Shown: one piece after another, positions 17,768-31,200 of the stretch
Layout of the letters: each line of letters begins with the position of its first letter
Numbering within the stretch: the stretch's first letter is position 1
Source: Histomonas meleagridis 2922-C6/04-290x
Lineage: Eukaryota; Protista; Parabasalia
Assembly: GCA_020184695.1 (NCBI GenBank)
Contig: JAANOX010000251.1
Span: 1 to 64,000, forward strand
Reading direction: 5' to 3'
DNA length: 64,000 nucleotides
Made by a program: the position numbers and the translations under genes
Notes under the pieces: generated by a model
The model's input: the letters and a program-made list of their open reading frames with translations, nothing else
What the model was told of the DNA's origin: nothing
Databases searched by the model: none

Positions 17768-20700
17768 ATGGATTTACTAGAGTTTCCTTCTTCAAAATAT
17801 CCCAATAACATTACTCCACAAAACATTTCATCACAATCAAAATTTGCGTTTAGATGTTGTCATGCACTTCATAAGATAAAAATATCTCAAAAAGAAGCAT
17901 CTGATTATTTGAGCATTGATTTTCAAAACTCACCATCTAACAAAAAGCTAATTGAAGAAACACAGAAGAATATGGAAAAAATTACATCTGCGATTAAAGA
18001 ACAAATGCAATTCATCAAACAAAATGGTGGAATACAAAAATTAACAGAGCAGCTAGAAAGCACCAAACAATTAAAAGAAAATTTAAAACAAAAAGAAAAA
18101 GAATTGGCAGATTTTAAAAAAATTCAAAAAATTGAACAAGAAATTGAAGAATTAAAAAAGCAAATTGATCAAAAAGCGAAAGACATTTCTAGGTTAAAAT
18201 ATGAGTTAGATCAGGAAAAAGAAAACATTGATGATAAAAATATAATCAGCCAATCCATTTCTCTTTTGGAAGAAGAACTTGAGGAACTAAAAGGGAAAGT
18301 ACAAAATATGACCCAAAATCCCATCGAAATTGAAAATATAAATACTGATATTGATGAACTGTTCAAAGAAAAAGAACAAGAAATCGAAAATTGCAAAGAA
18401 ATTTTACAAAAAATTGATCAAAAAATTGAAGAACTCAAAAAAGAACTTATTATAAATGAAGATGAACCACTTTTTTCTGTTGATGAGTTCCTTGCCCTGA
18501 AAAGCAATCTTGAGAAAATAATCAAAGAACTTGAAGAAAAATTAAATAAAGGAAAAGAAGAATTCCAAAATGAACTTAAGGAATTATTAAAACTGAAAGA
18601 TTTAGAAATTGAAGAACTTAAAAATAATATAAATCAAAACAATGAAACATTAGAACAAAAGCAAAAAGAAATTGAAGAAAATAATAATTCCTTAAACCAA
18701 GAAAAGGAAAACATGCAAAAAGAATTAGAACAAAGCAAACAAGAAAATGAGGAATTAAAAAAAAAATTAAGTCAAAATGAAAATGAGTTAAAGGAATTAA
18801 ATGAAAATAATAACGAACTCAATGAAGAAATTCAGCAAAATAAAGAACGAATTGAAGAACTTAATAATAAATTCGAAGAAAGCAAACAAGAAAATGAGGA
18901 ATTAAAAGAAAAATTAAGTCAAAATGAAAATGAGTTAAAAGAATTAAACGAAAATAATAATAAACTCAATGAAGAAATTCAACAAAATAAAGAACGAATT
19001 GAAGAACTTAATAATAAATTAAGTCAAGAAATTAATGAATTCGAAGAAACCCAACAAGAAAATGCAGAGTTAAAAGAAAAATTAAATCAGAATGAAAATG
19101 AATTAAAAGAATTAAATGAAAATAATAATAAAATTAAAGAAGAAATTCAACAAAATAAAGAACGAATTGAAGAACTTAATAATAAATTTGAAGAAAGTAA
19201 ACAAGAAAATGAGGAATTAAAAGAAAAATTAAGTCAAAATGAAAACGAGTTAAAAGAATTAAACGAAAATAATAATAAACTCAATGAAGAAATTCAACAA
19301 AATAAAGAACGAATTGAAGAACTTAATAATAAATTAAGTCAAGAAATTAATGAATTAGAGCAAAATAAACAAGAAAATACCGAATTAAGAGAAAAATTAG
19401 ACCAATATAAAATGGAAAAAGAAAATTTAGAAAAAAAAATTTTAGATATTGCAAAGACTCAATTTATAAATGATAGTCTCGAAGAAGTATTGCAAAATAA
19501 GCAGAAAGAAATCGAAAACCTTAATCAAGAATTAAACAAACTCAAAGACAATTTGGATGAATACAAAGGAATTGAAGAAAATCTTAAACAAATTGAAGCA
19601 GAACTACAACAACATAAAGGAAAATTAATTCAGAAAGATCAAGAAATCGAAGATCTTAATGATGCGTTGGGAGAATTAGAACAAAAAAACAAAGAGCTCA
19701 AAGAAAAACAAGAAAATGAAGAAGAATCAGATAATTTACACAAAATCGAAGTGAATCAAAAAGATAAAGAAATTGAAGACCTGAGCAATAAATTTGCAGA
19801 ATTAGAACAAGAAAACAAAAAATACAAGCAAAAATCAGAAGAAAATGAGGAAAAACTCAATGAATTACTTGGTGAAATAAAGCAAAAGGAAAAAGAAAAT
19901 CAAAAAATTAAAGAACAAATGGAAATAAAAGAATTAGAAAAATTATGTGAACAAAAAGACAAAGAACTTCAAGGACTTAAACAAAAATTAAACAAATTGA
20001 AAGAAAAAGATAAAGAACTTAAAGATAAAACAGAAGAAAATGAAGTGAAACTCAAAGGAATTAAACAAGAAATTCAACGAAAATTTGACGAAGGCGAAGA
20101 TATTAAATATGAAAACAATAAATTAACAGAAATCGAAGAAGAAAACAAAGAACTGAAAGAACAAATTGAAGGAAATGAATATGAAATCGAAGAAATACAA
20201 AAATTAATTGATGAAAAATCACGAGAAAATGAAAATGTTCATAATGACATCAAAAGATTAAACGAAATGAATCAAAATAACAATGAACTTCAAGAACGAA
20301 TTGAAGAAAACGAAAAGGAAATCAAAGAATTCCAAAAATTAAATCAACAAAAAGATAATGAAGAAGATTTAACGAAAATAAGGGAATTGGAAGAAGCAAA
20401 CGAAAACTTCAAAGGAAAATTCTTACAAACTCAAAACGAATTAAATGAATTAGACAACGAAATCAATCACAAACTTCAAGAAATTGGAGATCTTAAAACT
20501 GAAAACGACAAATTATCAGAAATAGAAGAAGAAACTTCGAAAGTTAAAGATCAAATGGAGCAAACAGAAGCAGAAATAAAAGAATTACAAAAATTAATCC
20601 AAGAAAAGGATCGTGACAAAGAACATTCAACTAAAATATCAGAATTAGAAGAAGAAAACAAATCACTTAATGAAAAGTTAGAAGAAAATGCCGAAAAACT

Positions 20701-22958
20701 CAATAAATTTGAACAAGAGATTCAAGATAAAGAACAAGAAATTGAAAATCTTCACAACGAAATTAAAGAATTAAAAGCAAAAGAAAACGAAAACAAAGAA
20801 CTCAAAAATCAAATCGAAGAAAACGAAACAGCACTCAATGAAATAGATCAAGAAATTCAACGACGAGATAATGAAATTGAAGAACTTCAGGACAAATTAA
20901 AAGAAAAGGAAAAAGAAAATCAAAAAATTAAAGAACAAATGGAAATAAAAGAATTAGAAAAATTATGTGAACAAAAAGACAAAGAACTTCAAGGACTTAA
21001 ACAAAAATTAAACAAATTGAAAGAAAAAGATAAAGAACTTAAAGATAAAACAGAAGAAAATGAAGTGAAACTCAAAGGAATTAAACAAGAAATTCAACGA
21101 AAATTTGACGAAGGCGAAGATATTAAATATGAAAACAATAAATTAACAGAAATCGAAGAAGAAAACAAAGAACTGAAAGAACAAATTGAAGGAAATGAAT
21201 ATGAAATCGAAGAAATACAAAAATTAATTGATGAAAAATCACGAGAAAAATGAAAATGTTCATAATGACATCAAAAGATTAAACGAAATGAATCAAAATA
21301 ACAATGAACTTCAAGAACGAATTGAAGAAAACGAAAAGGAAATCAAAGAATTCCAAAAATTAAATCAACAAAAAGATAATGAAGAAGATTTAATAATAAT
21401 GACAGATTTAGGAAAATCAAATGAAAACTTTAAAGAAAAATTCGGACAAATGCAAAGTAAATTTAACGAAATACCAGAAAATAATGAAAATGAATTTTCA
21501 ACAAAATTAACAGAATTGGGAGAAGAAAACAAAGAACTCAAAGAAAGATTAAAACAAAATGAAGAAAAACATGAAGAATTGCGCAAAGAAATCAAGCACA
21601 AACTTCAAGAAATCGGAGATCTAAAAACTGAAAACGACAAATTATCTGAAATAGAAGAAGAAACTATTGAAAATAAGAATCATTCAGAACAAATAAAATC
21701 AGAAATAGACAAGTTACAAAAATTGATCCAAGAAAATGATCGTGACAAAGAACATTCAACTAAAATATCAGAATTAGAAGAAGAAAACAAATCACTTAAT
21801 GAAAAGTTAGAAGAAAATGCCGAAAAACTCAATAAATTTGAACAAGAGATTCAAGATAAAGAACAAGAAATTGAAAATCTTCACAACGAAATTAAAGAAT
21901 TAAAAGCAAAAGAAAACGAAAACAAAGAACTCAAAAATCAAATCGAAGAAAACGAAACAGCACTCAATGAAATAGATCAAGAAATTCAACGACGAGATAA
22001 TGAAATTGAAGAACTTCAGGACAAATTAAAAGAAAAGGAAAAAGAAAATCAAAAAATTAAAGAGCAAATGGAAACAAATGAGCAAAAAGAAAAAGAAAAA
22101 GAAATCGAAGAACTTAAAGAACAATTAAAGCAAAGAAAAGAGAAACTTAATGAATTAGATAACGAAATTAAACAAAAAGACAAAGAAATTGAAGATCTTT
22201 ACAATGATATCAAACAACTACTTGAAGCTGAACGAGAAAGCAAAGAACTCAAAGACAAATTTGATGAAAATAAACAAAAACTCAATGAATTAGGTAATGA
22301 AGTTCAGCAAAAAGATGACAAAATTGAAAATCTAAATAATAAATTAATAGAATTAGAACAAGAAAGCAAAGAACTCAAAGACAAATTCGAAGGAAACGAA
22401 AACGAAATTAATGAATTACAAAAACAGTTCCAACAAAAAGATAAAGAAATCGAAAATCTAACAAACAAATTAACTGAGTTAGAACAAGAAAACAAAGAAC
22501 TTAAAGATGAATCTCTTCAATTACAACAAGAAAAAGAGAATTTAACAAATATTTCTTCATCGCTTTCAGATCGATATATTAAACTTTGTGAAATAGCGGG
22601 CGTTGATTATAATGATTTAGAAAATGGAATCGAAGAAAAACTAAAGAACGTAATGTCTTTGGAAGGAAATGAAGAATTCGATAATGTAATTGTTCGAGAT
22701 GTTAATGATTTACTTGGTTCGTGCGGAAGGAATAAAATTATTCCAAAAATTAAAGAAAATTCGAATCTAATTAAACAAATTTCAGAATATTTCCCGAACA
22801 TTGATCCAAATAATATTCCAAATCAAATTAGAGAATTGATTTTGGAAATTAATAGATTAACAAAGTTGTGTATGGAAATGTCGAGATATTCAAGTCGGAT
22901 TCGATTACAAATGTTTGTTTCTATTTTGATTCTTCTCCTTGTTGCTTTCCAGAAATAA
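17768..22958 (+). CDS. Giant E/K/N/Q-rich coiled-coil protein (~1730 aa) split by one frameshift
   Basis: ORFs 17768-21253 and 21228-22958. At ~21246-21250 the sequence reads cgagAAAAAtg, whereas the duplicated block at ~20222 reads cgagAAAAtg. Confidence 0.8.
18734..19363 (+). repeat. In-frame tandem repeat of 49/56/49/56 aa (whole heptad multiples)
   Basis: SKQENEELKEKLSQNENELKELNENNNKLNEEIQQNKERIEELNNK units in the translation. Confidence 0.9.
19885..22070 (+). repeat. Two near-identical internal duplications (~19885-20380 = ~20905-21390; ~20605-20945 = ~21735-22070)
   Basis: Long identical nucleotide and peptide blocks (KEKENQKIKEQMEIKELEKLCEQ..; DRDKEHSTKISELEEENKSLNEK..). Confidence 0.9.
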
Positions 22959-23127
22959 AAGCTATATATGTGAACATATTCTTTTTTATTTTAATATTCG
23001 AATCTGTTACATACAAGAAAAATCTTTTCTTTAAGAAGATTTTGCATTTTAACCCATACATGAAGTAAACGATCATAATACACTCAAAACATAACCAACA
23101 CGATCGTTCACAATTGAATTATTTTTC

Positions 23128-23934
23128 ATGGCAGCTGCCAAAAAGGGTCTTCTCTCAGATCTCCTTGGCATTACCGAAAATGTACATGCTCAGGTCAAGT
23201 TCTACCGTCAAGAGTTAGAAGCTAAAAGAAAGTTTGTCGAACACTTGACAAAAATTGTTGAACAAGAAGCACCTGAATTCGAGCAAACGATGATCGAAAT
23301 TTCCAATAAACTCAATAGCTCACTTGACAACGAAGAAGCTCTTGTTGATGCATACGAAAGATTTGCAGAAGATTTTAATGATGTTTCTGCAAGGTTTGAG
23401 GTTATTTACCGTCTTTCTGAGGAAACTTCATCATGCAAACGTCATTTAAAGGAGTGTAGAGCCAAGGTTGAAAAAGCTAGAGCTGACTTAGAACTCGATG
23501 AACAAAAAGGATCACCAAAGAAGATAAAATTACAAGCTGAACTTGAAAAGGCCATCCAACAAAAGCGCGATGCTCTCCAAGCTCTTCAAGATAAGATGGA
23601 GGAGTTCATCCAAGTGAAAGTTCGATACAATAAATTTAAAGTTAGAAGGCTTACACATGCATACACATACCTTGGGAAGGTAATCCGATCATCTCTTACC
23701 GGCGTTTCAAGTGATTTAGAATCTGTTTTGAGCCAATCTTCTGATGCAAGATCAAAGATTGATTACACTATTGAAGGTAAAGAACCACCAAAACCAACTC
23801 AACCTGAAGAAACGTATAAGGTGCCAGAGGAAGAAGGCGTTCCAACCTTTGACGAAGCTCCTCTTGAAGAAGAACAAGTATCTCAACCAACATTTGTGGA
23901 TGACTCTCCTTTTGCAGTACCAACCTTTGATTAA
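23128..23934 (+). CDS. BAR-domain-like helical protein with an acidic/proline tail
   Basis: 268 aa with a three-helix heptad pattern and ..YNKFKVRRLTHAYTYLG typical of SNX/BAR-like C-termini; tail has FxD-type motifs. Confidence 0.55.
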   Translation: MAAAKKGLLSDLLGITENVHAQVKFYRQELEAKRKFVEHLTKIVEQEAPEFEQTMIEISNKLNSSLDNEEALVDAYERFAEDFNDVSARFEVIYRLSEETSSCKRHLKECRAKVEKARADLELDEQKGSPKKIKLQAELEKAIQQKRDALQALQDKMEEFIQVKVRYNKFKVRRLTHAYTYLGKVIRSSLTGVSSDLESVLSQSSDARSKIDYTIEGKEPPKPTQPEETYKVPEEEGVPTFDEAPLEEEQVSQPTFVDDSPFAVPTFD

Positions 23935-24156
23935 GGGTAAGGTTCAAAGGTCACCACAAAATTTTTATTAATTCTTGATTATTAAAATATCTTCAAACCA
24001 AATATCTATTTTTTGCGAATAATAATAAATATTATTTTTAAGTGACTGAATACATCGATGGAAATTGTTATGTTTTTTCATAGAAAGAAATATATTCAGT
24101 GATTAATAATACCCCTCACTTTTAATAAACATCAGAAAACAAAAAAATTTTGAAAA

Positions 24157-26437
24157 ATGTGTTTCCAACTGTTAAACATTATACGAGAAACAATTTGGGA
24201 ATTAAAGGATGGGAATTTTGATGAATCTGTTGAAGCGGTCAAAAAAATATATGATTCAAAATTTCCAAATTCTTTTATTATAATTTTTGCTCAAATGATT
24301 TATTCAGCTATAATCTCACGTATCAATGATATTGATTTATATTTTCAATTAATGAAAGAAATTCAAAATATAAATGATAAATTATATGATGTTTTTCTGC
24401 AATATCTTCTTCATTTAGATTCACAAGAATCTAAATATTTAATTGAAAAGATGATTAATTTAAACCTTGCTGATATAGATCTTGTTCAATCCAAAAAGTC
24501 CTTTTATTTTGCACATTATAAAATGTGTGTTGATATTAATAATCTAATTGAGAACAAAAAATTGAATATTCCATTTGCTGAAACATTTAAAGACAACATT
24601 GAAATACTTTCATACAATGATTGGGAACTTCATAAATGTTTAATTAATGCTGGAGTTAACACAAATGAAATATCAAAAATAATTCGGAATGATGAAATAG
24701 AAAAACTTCAAGAAATGTCAATACAATCAAATTTTAGTTTTAATCAGATAATTAAACCATCACTTTATGAAAAATGTTCTTTCATTAATCAAGAAAATGT
24801 TTCGTTGATTGATTTTGCAGCATTTTTTGGATCTATTAAATGTTTTAAATATTTACTTGTGAATGGCGCAAAAGTAGGGAACACTGGTAAATATGCTGTT
24901 GCAGGTGGAAACTTAGAGATTATTCATTTATGTGAACAAAACCATTCATCATTTGAAGGAGCATATGAAGCTGCAATTGAATTTCATCGAAATGATATTT
25001 TTTATTATCTTTATGATACCAATATTATTGAACATAGAAATTTAGAAGATTTAGCAAAGAATTGTATTTTATATAATAATTATGAAATTTTTCCATTTTT
25101 AGAAGAAAAAGGTTTAAAAGTTGATGATGAATTGATCACTGAAGCAACAGAAAGTGGCAATTTATATCTTTTAAAACATTTTCTTGACAAAAATAAATTG
25201 CCTTTAGAAATTTTGGCATCAGCTGTAAAATCAAGAAACATTGAGATTGTTAAATATGTTATTGATCGAAATGGATTTTATAATGGTGTTACATATATTT
25301 TTTTGTTATATTTAAGTTTTGTTTTAAGTAATTAATTTTTTAATTTTTTATATGGAATTTATTATAATTATTTAATACACCATTTTTATTTGCTTGTAAA
25401 CAAGGTTGCGTTGAAATTGCGAAATTTCTTCTTAAAAAAAAGTATAGTAAAATAAATGAAAGAAATATTTCTTTATTGAATTTAGGATAAATTTTAAATT
25501 TTTAGTGTTTATAATGTATATTGTTTGCTAACGGACTTTATTTAGCATCAAAATATGGTCATATTAAAATGACTAAATTCCTTCTTAAGCATGATATTGA
25601 AATTACTCGACATTTTTATATAATTTTTTCAGAGATAATTTTTATTTTTTAATATTTATATATAATTTTTCATGATTATTTTTCATATTTTTTTCACCTC
25701 TTATGATTGCAATATATTTTGGTCATATGAAGATAATAAAAATATTACTCAAAGAAGGAATTTATATAAATGCTACTAGAATTTATTTATAAAATTTTAT
25801 AGGGGAATCTAATTTTAACATTTAGAATTTCAAAAAAATATTTCAAAATAGTCTATATATTATCGCACCATTATTACTTGCAACTGAAAATAATAACATA
25901 AAAATAGTTAAATTACTTCTTAAGCAGAAAGAAATTGATGTTAATGTCAACAATACCAGTTTGATTTATTTGAAATTTATTATAATAATTTTATATTACA
26001 AAATAATACTTGGAAATTATTTAAATTATTTAAAACAGCACTTATGATTGCAGCTGAAAAAGGTAACACAGAAATAGTTGAATTACTTCTCGAACATGAC
26101 AAAATTAATGTTAATGCTAAAGATATTTATTTGTTTTATTTTGGATTTATTTTAATAATTTTTTATTTCAAAATAATATTTAATAATTATTTAAAATATT
26201 TAAAACAGCACTTATAATGGCAGCTGAAAAAGGTTACACAGAAATAGTTGAATTACTTCTTGAACATGAAAGAATTGATGTTAATGCTCGAGACATTTAG
26301 TTTTATTTTGGATTTATTTTAACAATTTCATATTTCAAAATAATATTTGGAATTTATTTAAAATATTTCAAACAGCTGCTATGATTGCATCTAAAAATGG
26401 CCATGAGGAAATAGCTCGATTAATTCTACAACACTAA
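24157..26437 (+). CDS. DUF3447-type ankyrin repeat protein; C-terminal ankyrin repeats interrupted by AT-rich spacers
   Basis: IIRNDEIEKLQ..IKPSLYE..LIDFAAFFGSIKCFKYL..AVAGGNLEIIHLC in ORF 24157-25335. Seven further ankyrin segments (TPFLFAC.., NGLYLAS.., SPLMIA.., APLLLAT.., TALMIAA.., TALIMAA.., TAAMIAS..) run to TAA 26435-26437. Confidence 0.8.
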
Positions 26438-26543
26438 TGAAAAGAAATTGATAATCAATGCGAATTACGTAATTTGAAATAGAAAGCGAATTTAATGAAT
26501 TATTATTTAGAAAAAGAAAAATTTTAAATAAACAACATTTTAC

Positions 26544-26867
26544 TTATAAATCTGAGTTTAAACTTATTGAGGTGTTAGAATTTTCCGTTTGAGATATTGT
26601 TTCGAGATATGCTGTTGATAAGTTAAGATATCTCTCTTCGACTCTATCAATTTTTTTAGATTCTTCAATGAGATTTTGAAGCTTGCGTTTTAGTCTCTCG
26701 TTTTCATCTTTTAACTCTTTTATCTTTGCTTGATTTTCAATATCGATTTGTTCTAAGCAAATAATTGCACGTTTAGTTCGATACGTATTTCCATTGGGTG
26801 TTCCTGCACTCATTAAAAATGGATCATAAAAATCATTTTCGAATGCAATTTTGTTTGCTTTCATCAC
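26544..26867 (-). CDS. Hypothetical small coiled-coil protein
   Basis: 107 aa, heptad segment; divergent from 26904 across 36 bp. Confidence 0.5.
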   Translation of the reverse strand: MMKANKIAFENDFYDPFLMSAGTPNGNTYRTKRAIICLEQIDIENQAKIKELKDENERLKRKLQNLIEESKKIDRVEERYLNLSTAYLETISQTENSNTSISLNSDL

Positions 26868-26903
26868 GAACGTTTAATAATTCATTATGACGTTTAAATT
26901 TTA

Positions 26904-27995
26904 ATGGAAGAAAAGAGAAAAACACAAAAAATAGGATCGAAAAGGCAAAAGCGCTCAAGAGGAAAGAATACAGAATCAAAAACAGAAACTACAATTCCAG
27001 TATCTTCAAAAAATGATTTCACAATAAGTGATGATCCAGAAACTTTTGGGAAAATTACAATGGAAGAAATGCTTGAATTATGTAGCTATGATACATCTAA
27101 GCCATTGAAGGAAATTCATAGAGCAAAACGACATTTTATTGATAAAATTAAATCAAGAATCCTTGAATATGCGGAAGAAATAGAAATAGGAAATAAAGAA
27201 GAGCAAAGAAGCTCAAGTGGTACTTTTTATGAATCACCAGAAAAAAACAATTTTGGGCAATTTTACAATTTCCTTCAAAATTCATCACCAGAAAGCAAAA
27301 TTTCATTAACATCACAGACACCTCCACAAGAAATACCATCACGTACTAATACAAGAACGATTGTCGATGAAATCCCAAGTTCAACTCCAAAAGATTCATA
27401 TCCAAGTTCAATCTCAAATAAGAATTTCGAAAAAGAAATATCACCTCCATCAGCCAAAAGTTATAACTCTGCCAAAGATCTTTCACCTATTTTTTATTCT
27501 CATGATTCAGATAAATCTATCAACAATAAATCGAACAAACCTTTTAACAAACCAGAACAAATTCTAAATAGCGAATCAAACAAATCTTTTCATAACAAAT
27601 CAGACAAAATTGAATCGGACAAATCTATACATAATACAGAAATTGTACAAAATGAACCAAGCAAAGTAACAAAAGAAAATGAATCACAAAAAGGGAAAGA
27701 AAGCAATGCTAATCCTTTTGAACTTGAAGAAAATATTTTTGAAGTTAAATCGTTAAGTTCACAAACCCCAAAAAAGGAAAAAGTGATTGACAGCAAAGAA
27801 GATTTTCTACTTAGCAACGATGACTTCGGTGATTTTGAGTCATCAAAGTCATCATTTTCCAATCAAAATGGAGCTTCTGTAAATCTTTCTTTAATGTCTA
27901 CAAAAGATAGCAATCCACTGTTAAAGAGAAGGTCCATAATTAATATGTTTCCTGAAAGTGGTGAATCGAATGGTTTCGATTTCAATGATCTTTAA
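26904..27995 (+). CDS. Hypothetical Ser-rich, largely disordered protein
   Basis: 363-aa ORF with many SP/TP sites. Confidence 0.7.
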   Translation: MEEKRKTQKIGSKRQKRSRGKNTESKTETTIPVSSKNDFTISDDPETFGKITMEEMLELCSYDTSKPLKEIHRAKRHFIDKIKSRILEYAEEIEIGNKEEQRSSSGTFYESPEKNNFGQFYNFLQNSSPESKISLTSQTPPQEIPSRTNTRTIVDEIPSSTPKDSYPSSISNKNFEKEISPPSAKSYNSAKDLSPIFYSHDSDKSINNKSNKPFNKPEQILNSESNKSFHNKSDKIESDKSIHNTEIVQNEPSKVTKENESQKGKESNANPFELEENIFEVKSLSSQTPKKEKVIDSKEDFLLSNDDFGDFESSKSSFSNQNGASVNLSLMSTKDSNPLLKRRSIINMFPESGESNGFDFNDL

Positions 27996-28254
27996 TGTTT
28001 TATTAAATAGAAATCTATTGTTTTTCAATTGTAATGATTTTAAGACAAGTACATATGAATTCAAAATTATTTTGTATGTTAAATATTTATCTTAAATAAA
28101 TTTATTTGTCGGAACGCTTACTTTTTGAAAGAAGAAATTACGCCAGAACAGTTAATCCTCTGAAAGAAATTGACTATGTTTGTCAGAATTGACTTGGGAG
28201 TTGTTGATTCATTTAACACCGGACGATACACTTTTCTTGTAACGTGCAAGTAAA

Positions 28255-31200
28255 ATGTCCCAAGAATCAGAAAACTCGGAATCGAGCGAAAAAGATATTC
28301 AAACACAAATTCAAGAACTTTCTAACGATGCAATGAAATGTACAATTAAATATGATTATAAAAAAGGGATGGAATTAATTCAAAAATCATATGATTTAGC
28401 AACTGATTTACCAGAAGAAATAGTCAAAGTCATTCCAAGGTATGCAGTTATATTATATTTAAAAAATCCCAATGATGAAAAAGCACTTCCAAATTTCAAA
28501 TCAACATTTTTAAAAAGAGAAAATGGAAAAGAGCTATGGAAAGATTCAGCAAAGTATTTAATACCCGATTTAAACAAAGGCTTTAAAAAATTATCATTTT
28601 CCATCAAACCAATATTTTTTTCAATATACAATCCTTTTCCAGGTTTTGTTGATTATCTTAAAAATGAAGAAAGTGTTGATTTTGAAGTAGCTTTACGCAT
28701 TCTTCAAATTGCCAAAGATTGCAAAGGAGATATCAAAAGTTCAATTATTTCAGATTTAGGAATTTCTGCATTTCTCCAAGTCCAAACGAAGATAGACAAA
28801 ATGGAAGCCTCAGATCTTCGAGTTATAGATGAAAAGAAACTTCGTGAATTTATCACCATTGTTCGAAATTTTGTCAAACATAGTGATCTTAAAGTTGTCA
28901 CACAATTTGAGTACACAATAGCATTACGATTCTCAGTATCAGAATTTTTATCCAAAGAATATGATGGTTTATTACGTATCAATTCCAACAAAACATTTTC
29001 TACACAACTTATTACTGACATTAAAAAGTATAAAGTTGTTGAACATATTTTAGACAATATGCATCATGACTTAGTCCATAACTTTGTTGAAATGTTATGT
29101 AAGTTATGGACATCTAATGAATATGATTCAACCGTTTTGGAGAAGTTTTGGAACTTATCCATTACACAACATTCACAAGAAATCGGCAAATTTTTCGACG
29201 AATGGCCGAAGTTAATCAACACGATTCCCAAGAACAAGATCAATGACTTTTGGGAAATTGTCAAGAACTCAAATTCATATCCATTACCCGTTTTAAAGCT
29301 ATTAGAAAAGATTAATAATAAATGTGATAAAGAAACAATGGAAGAAATCTCAATTAAGTTATGGGACTCAGCGATTGATTCTAAAGATAAAGTTAATTAT
29401 GTAACAACAATCATTGCTTATACATCACAAGAATCAATTAATGAACTTATTAACAAATGTTTTGATTTGATTAAACAAAAGAAAGAAAATGATTCGAAGT
29501 TTTCATTATTAATATTATCGAAAATATGGAAATCATTTAATGATGAAAACACACGAAAACAATTTGATATATTATTAAAGAAATGTAAAATATCAAATGA
29601 TGATATAAATATATTATTTGAATTATTAATCAAAATTTCGGATTCTATAACACCACCATTAACAGAAAAAGAATTAATTTCGATACGTAATTTAATTGAA
29701 CCTTTGTTTGGTATTAATAATGAATTAATATCAACGTTTTATGATAAAATGATAAGTATTAAAAAAGGGAAATTATTTCCTAAAGAAGAATTAGAATATA
29801 TAATACAATGGTTATCAGAGAAGCCAAACATTGATTCGATGTTATTTAAATTCATCACGAATTTGTTCTATAAAATTAATAATATTAATAATGAAACAAT
29901 TTTAAATAATTTGGATTTAATTGGATTTAATTCGATTTGGAATTTAATGTTAACAACAAATTTAACTGAAATTCCAATTTTTATTGTCGACTTATTAACG
30001 CGTTGTGATAATTCTGAAGCAACGAAACAATTTATCGAGAAATGCATACCAAAAATCGAAACTTTTGGTGTATTAAATTTATTAATACTTTTAATATCTA
30101 AAGTTGAAGATTCATTAGATTTAAATAAATATGGAATAAGTCGGAATTTATATATACCGGAGAATTCTTATATACATATTAACTTACAAGGTGATTATAA
30201 TGAAAGAATTAAAGTCGTCTATAATATAACTGTACCAATATTTAAGACTTATGTATCAAGAAAATGTAATATTGAAGAAAGTAAATTAGATTTATTAATA
30301 AAAGGTGAAAAATTAAATGAAAAACATCGATTCGTTGATGATGAAACTATTACTATTTATATAAAAATGTTTGCTTCACCTCCACGTAAACTAAAAAAAG
30401 AAGAATTACCTTCTCAAATAATTAAAAACTCAGATGCTTATAAGAAATTATTTAAAATGATTAAAGTAGAACCAGATCAAACTCATTTACCTGAATATGC
30501 ATTAAATTTATTAAATTACATGGAAACCGCCGAAGCCGAAAAATTTGAGAGCAATTCTGAGTGGAGCAAGTTATTGACATTGAAAAAGCCATATTTGTTA
30601 GTGTATCGTTTAAACTATTTAGCAAAATTAATTACAACACAACCAGTATCATTTATTAAGACATTTTGTAAGAAAAAAGGATATAAACAACTTTTAGTTA
30701 TATTAGAGAACATCAATTATGAAATGTTTCATAACAAAAGTTATTATGATTTAATATTTTCGATAATTTCAATGATAATTGGGAAAACGCCACAAGAAAT
30801 AAAGAACAAAACATATGAACAAATTAATACTAAAAAGTTAATTAAATCTTTAATAAAACATATCATAGAAATTAATAATAAAGATCAAAGTTATGTTATC
30901 AATAGTTTATTACTATTGATTAATGATATAACTAAAATGGATGAAAATATTATATTATCACAAAAACTATTTCAAGAATTTTTAGAGAAATTATTATTTA
31001 GTAATGTATTAACTATACGAATAGGAATTTCACGAATTTTATTATTAATTAATCCAAAGAAAATCGAAAATATTATTATCGAAAATATAGAAAAAGCTAC
31101 AAAAGGTAATTGTTATGAATATTTTAACTTATTAAATTACATAATAAAAACATATGAAGATCCATTAAATTTATATAACTCATTAATGAAATTCTTAATG

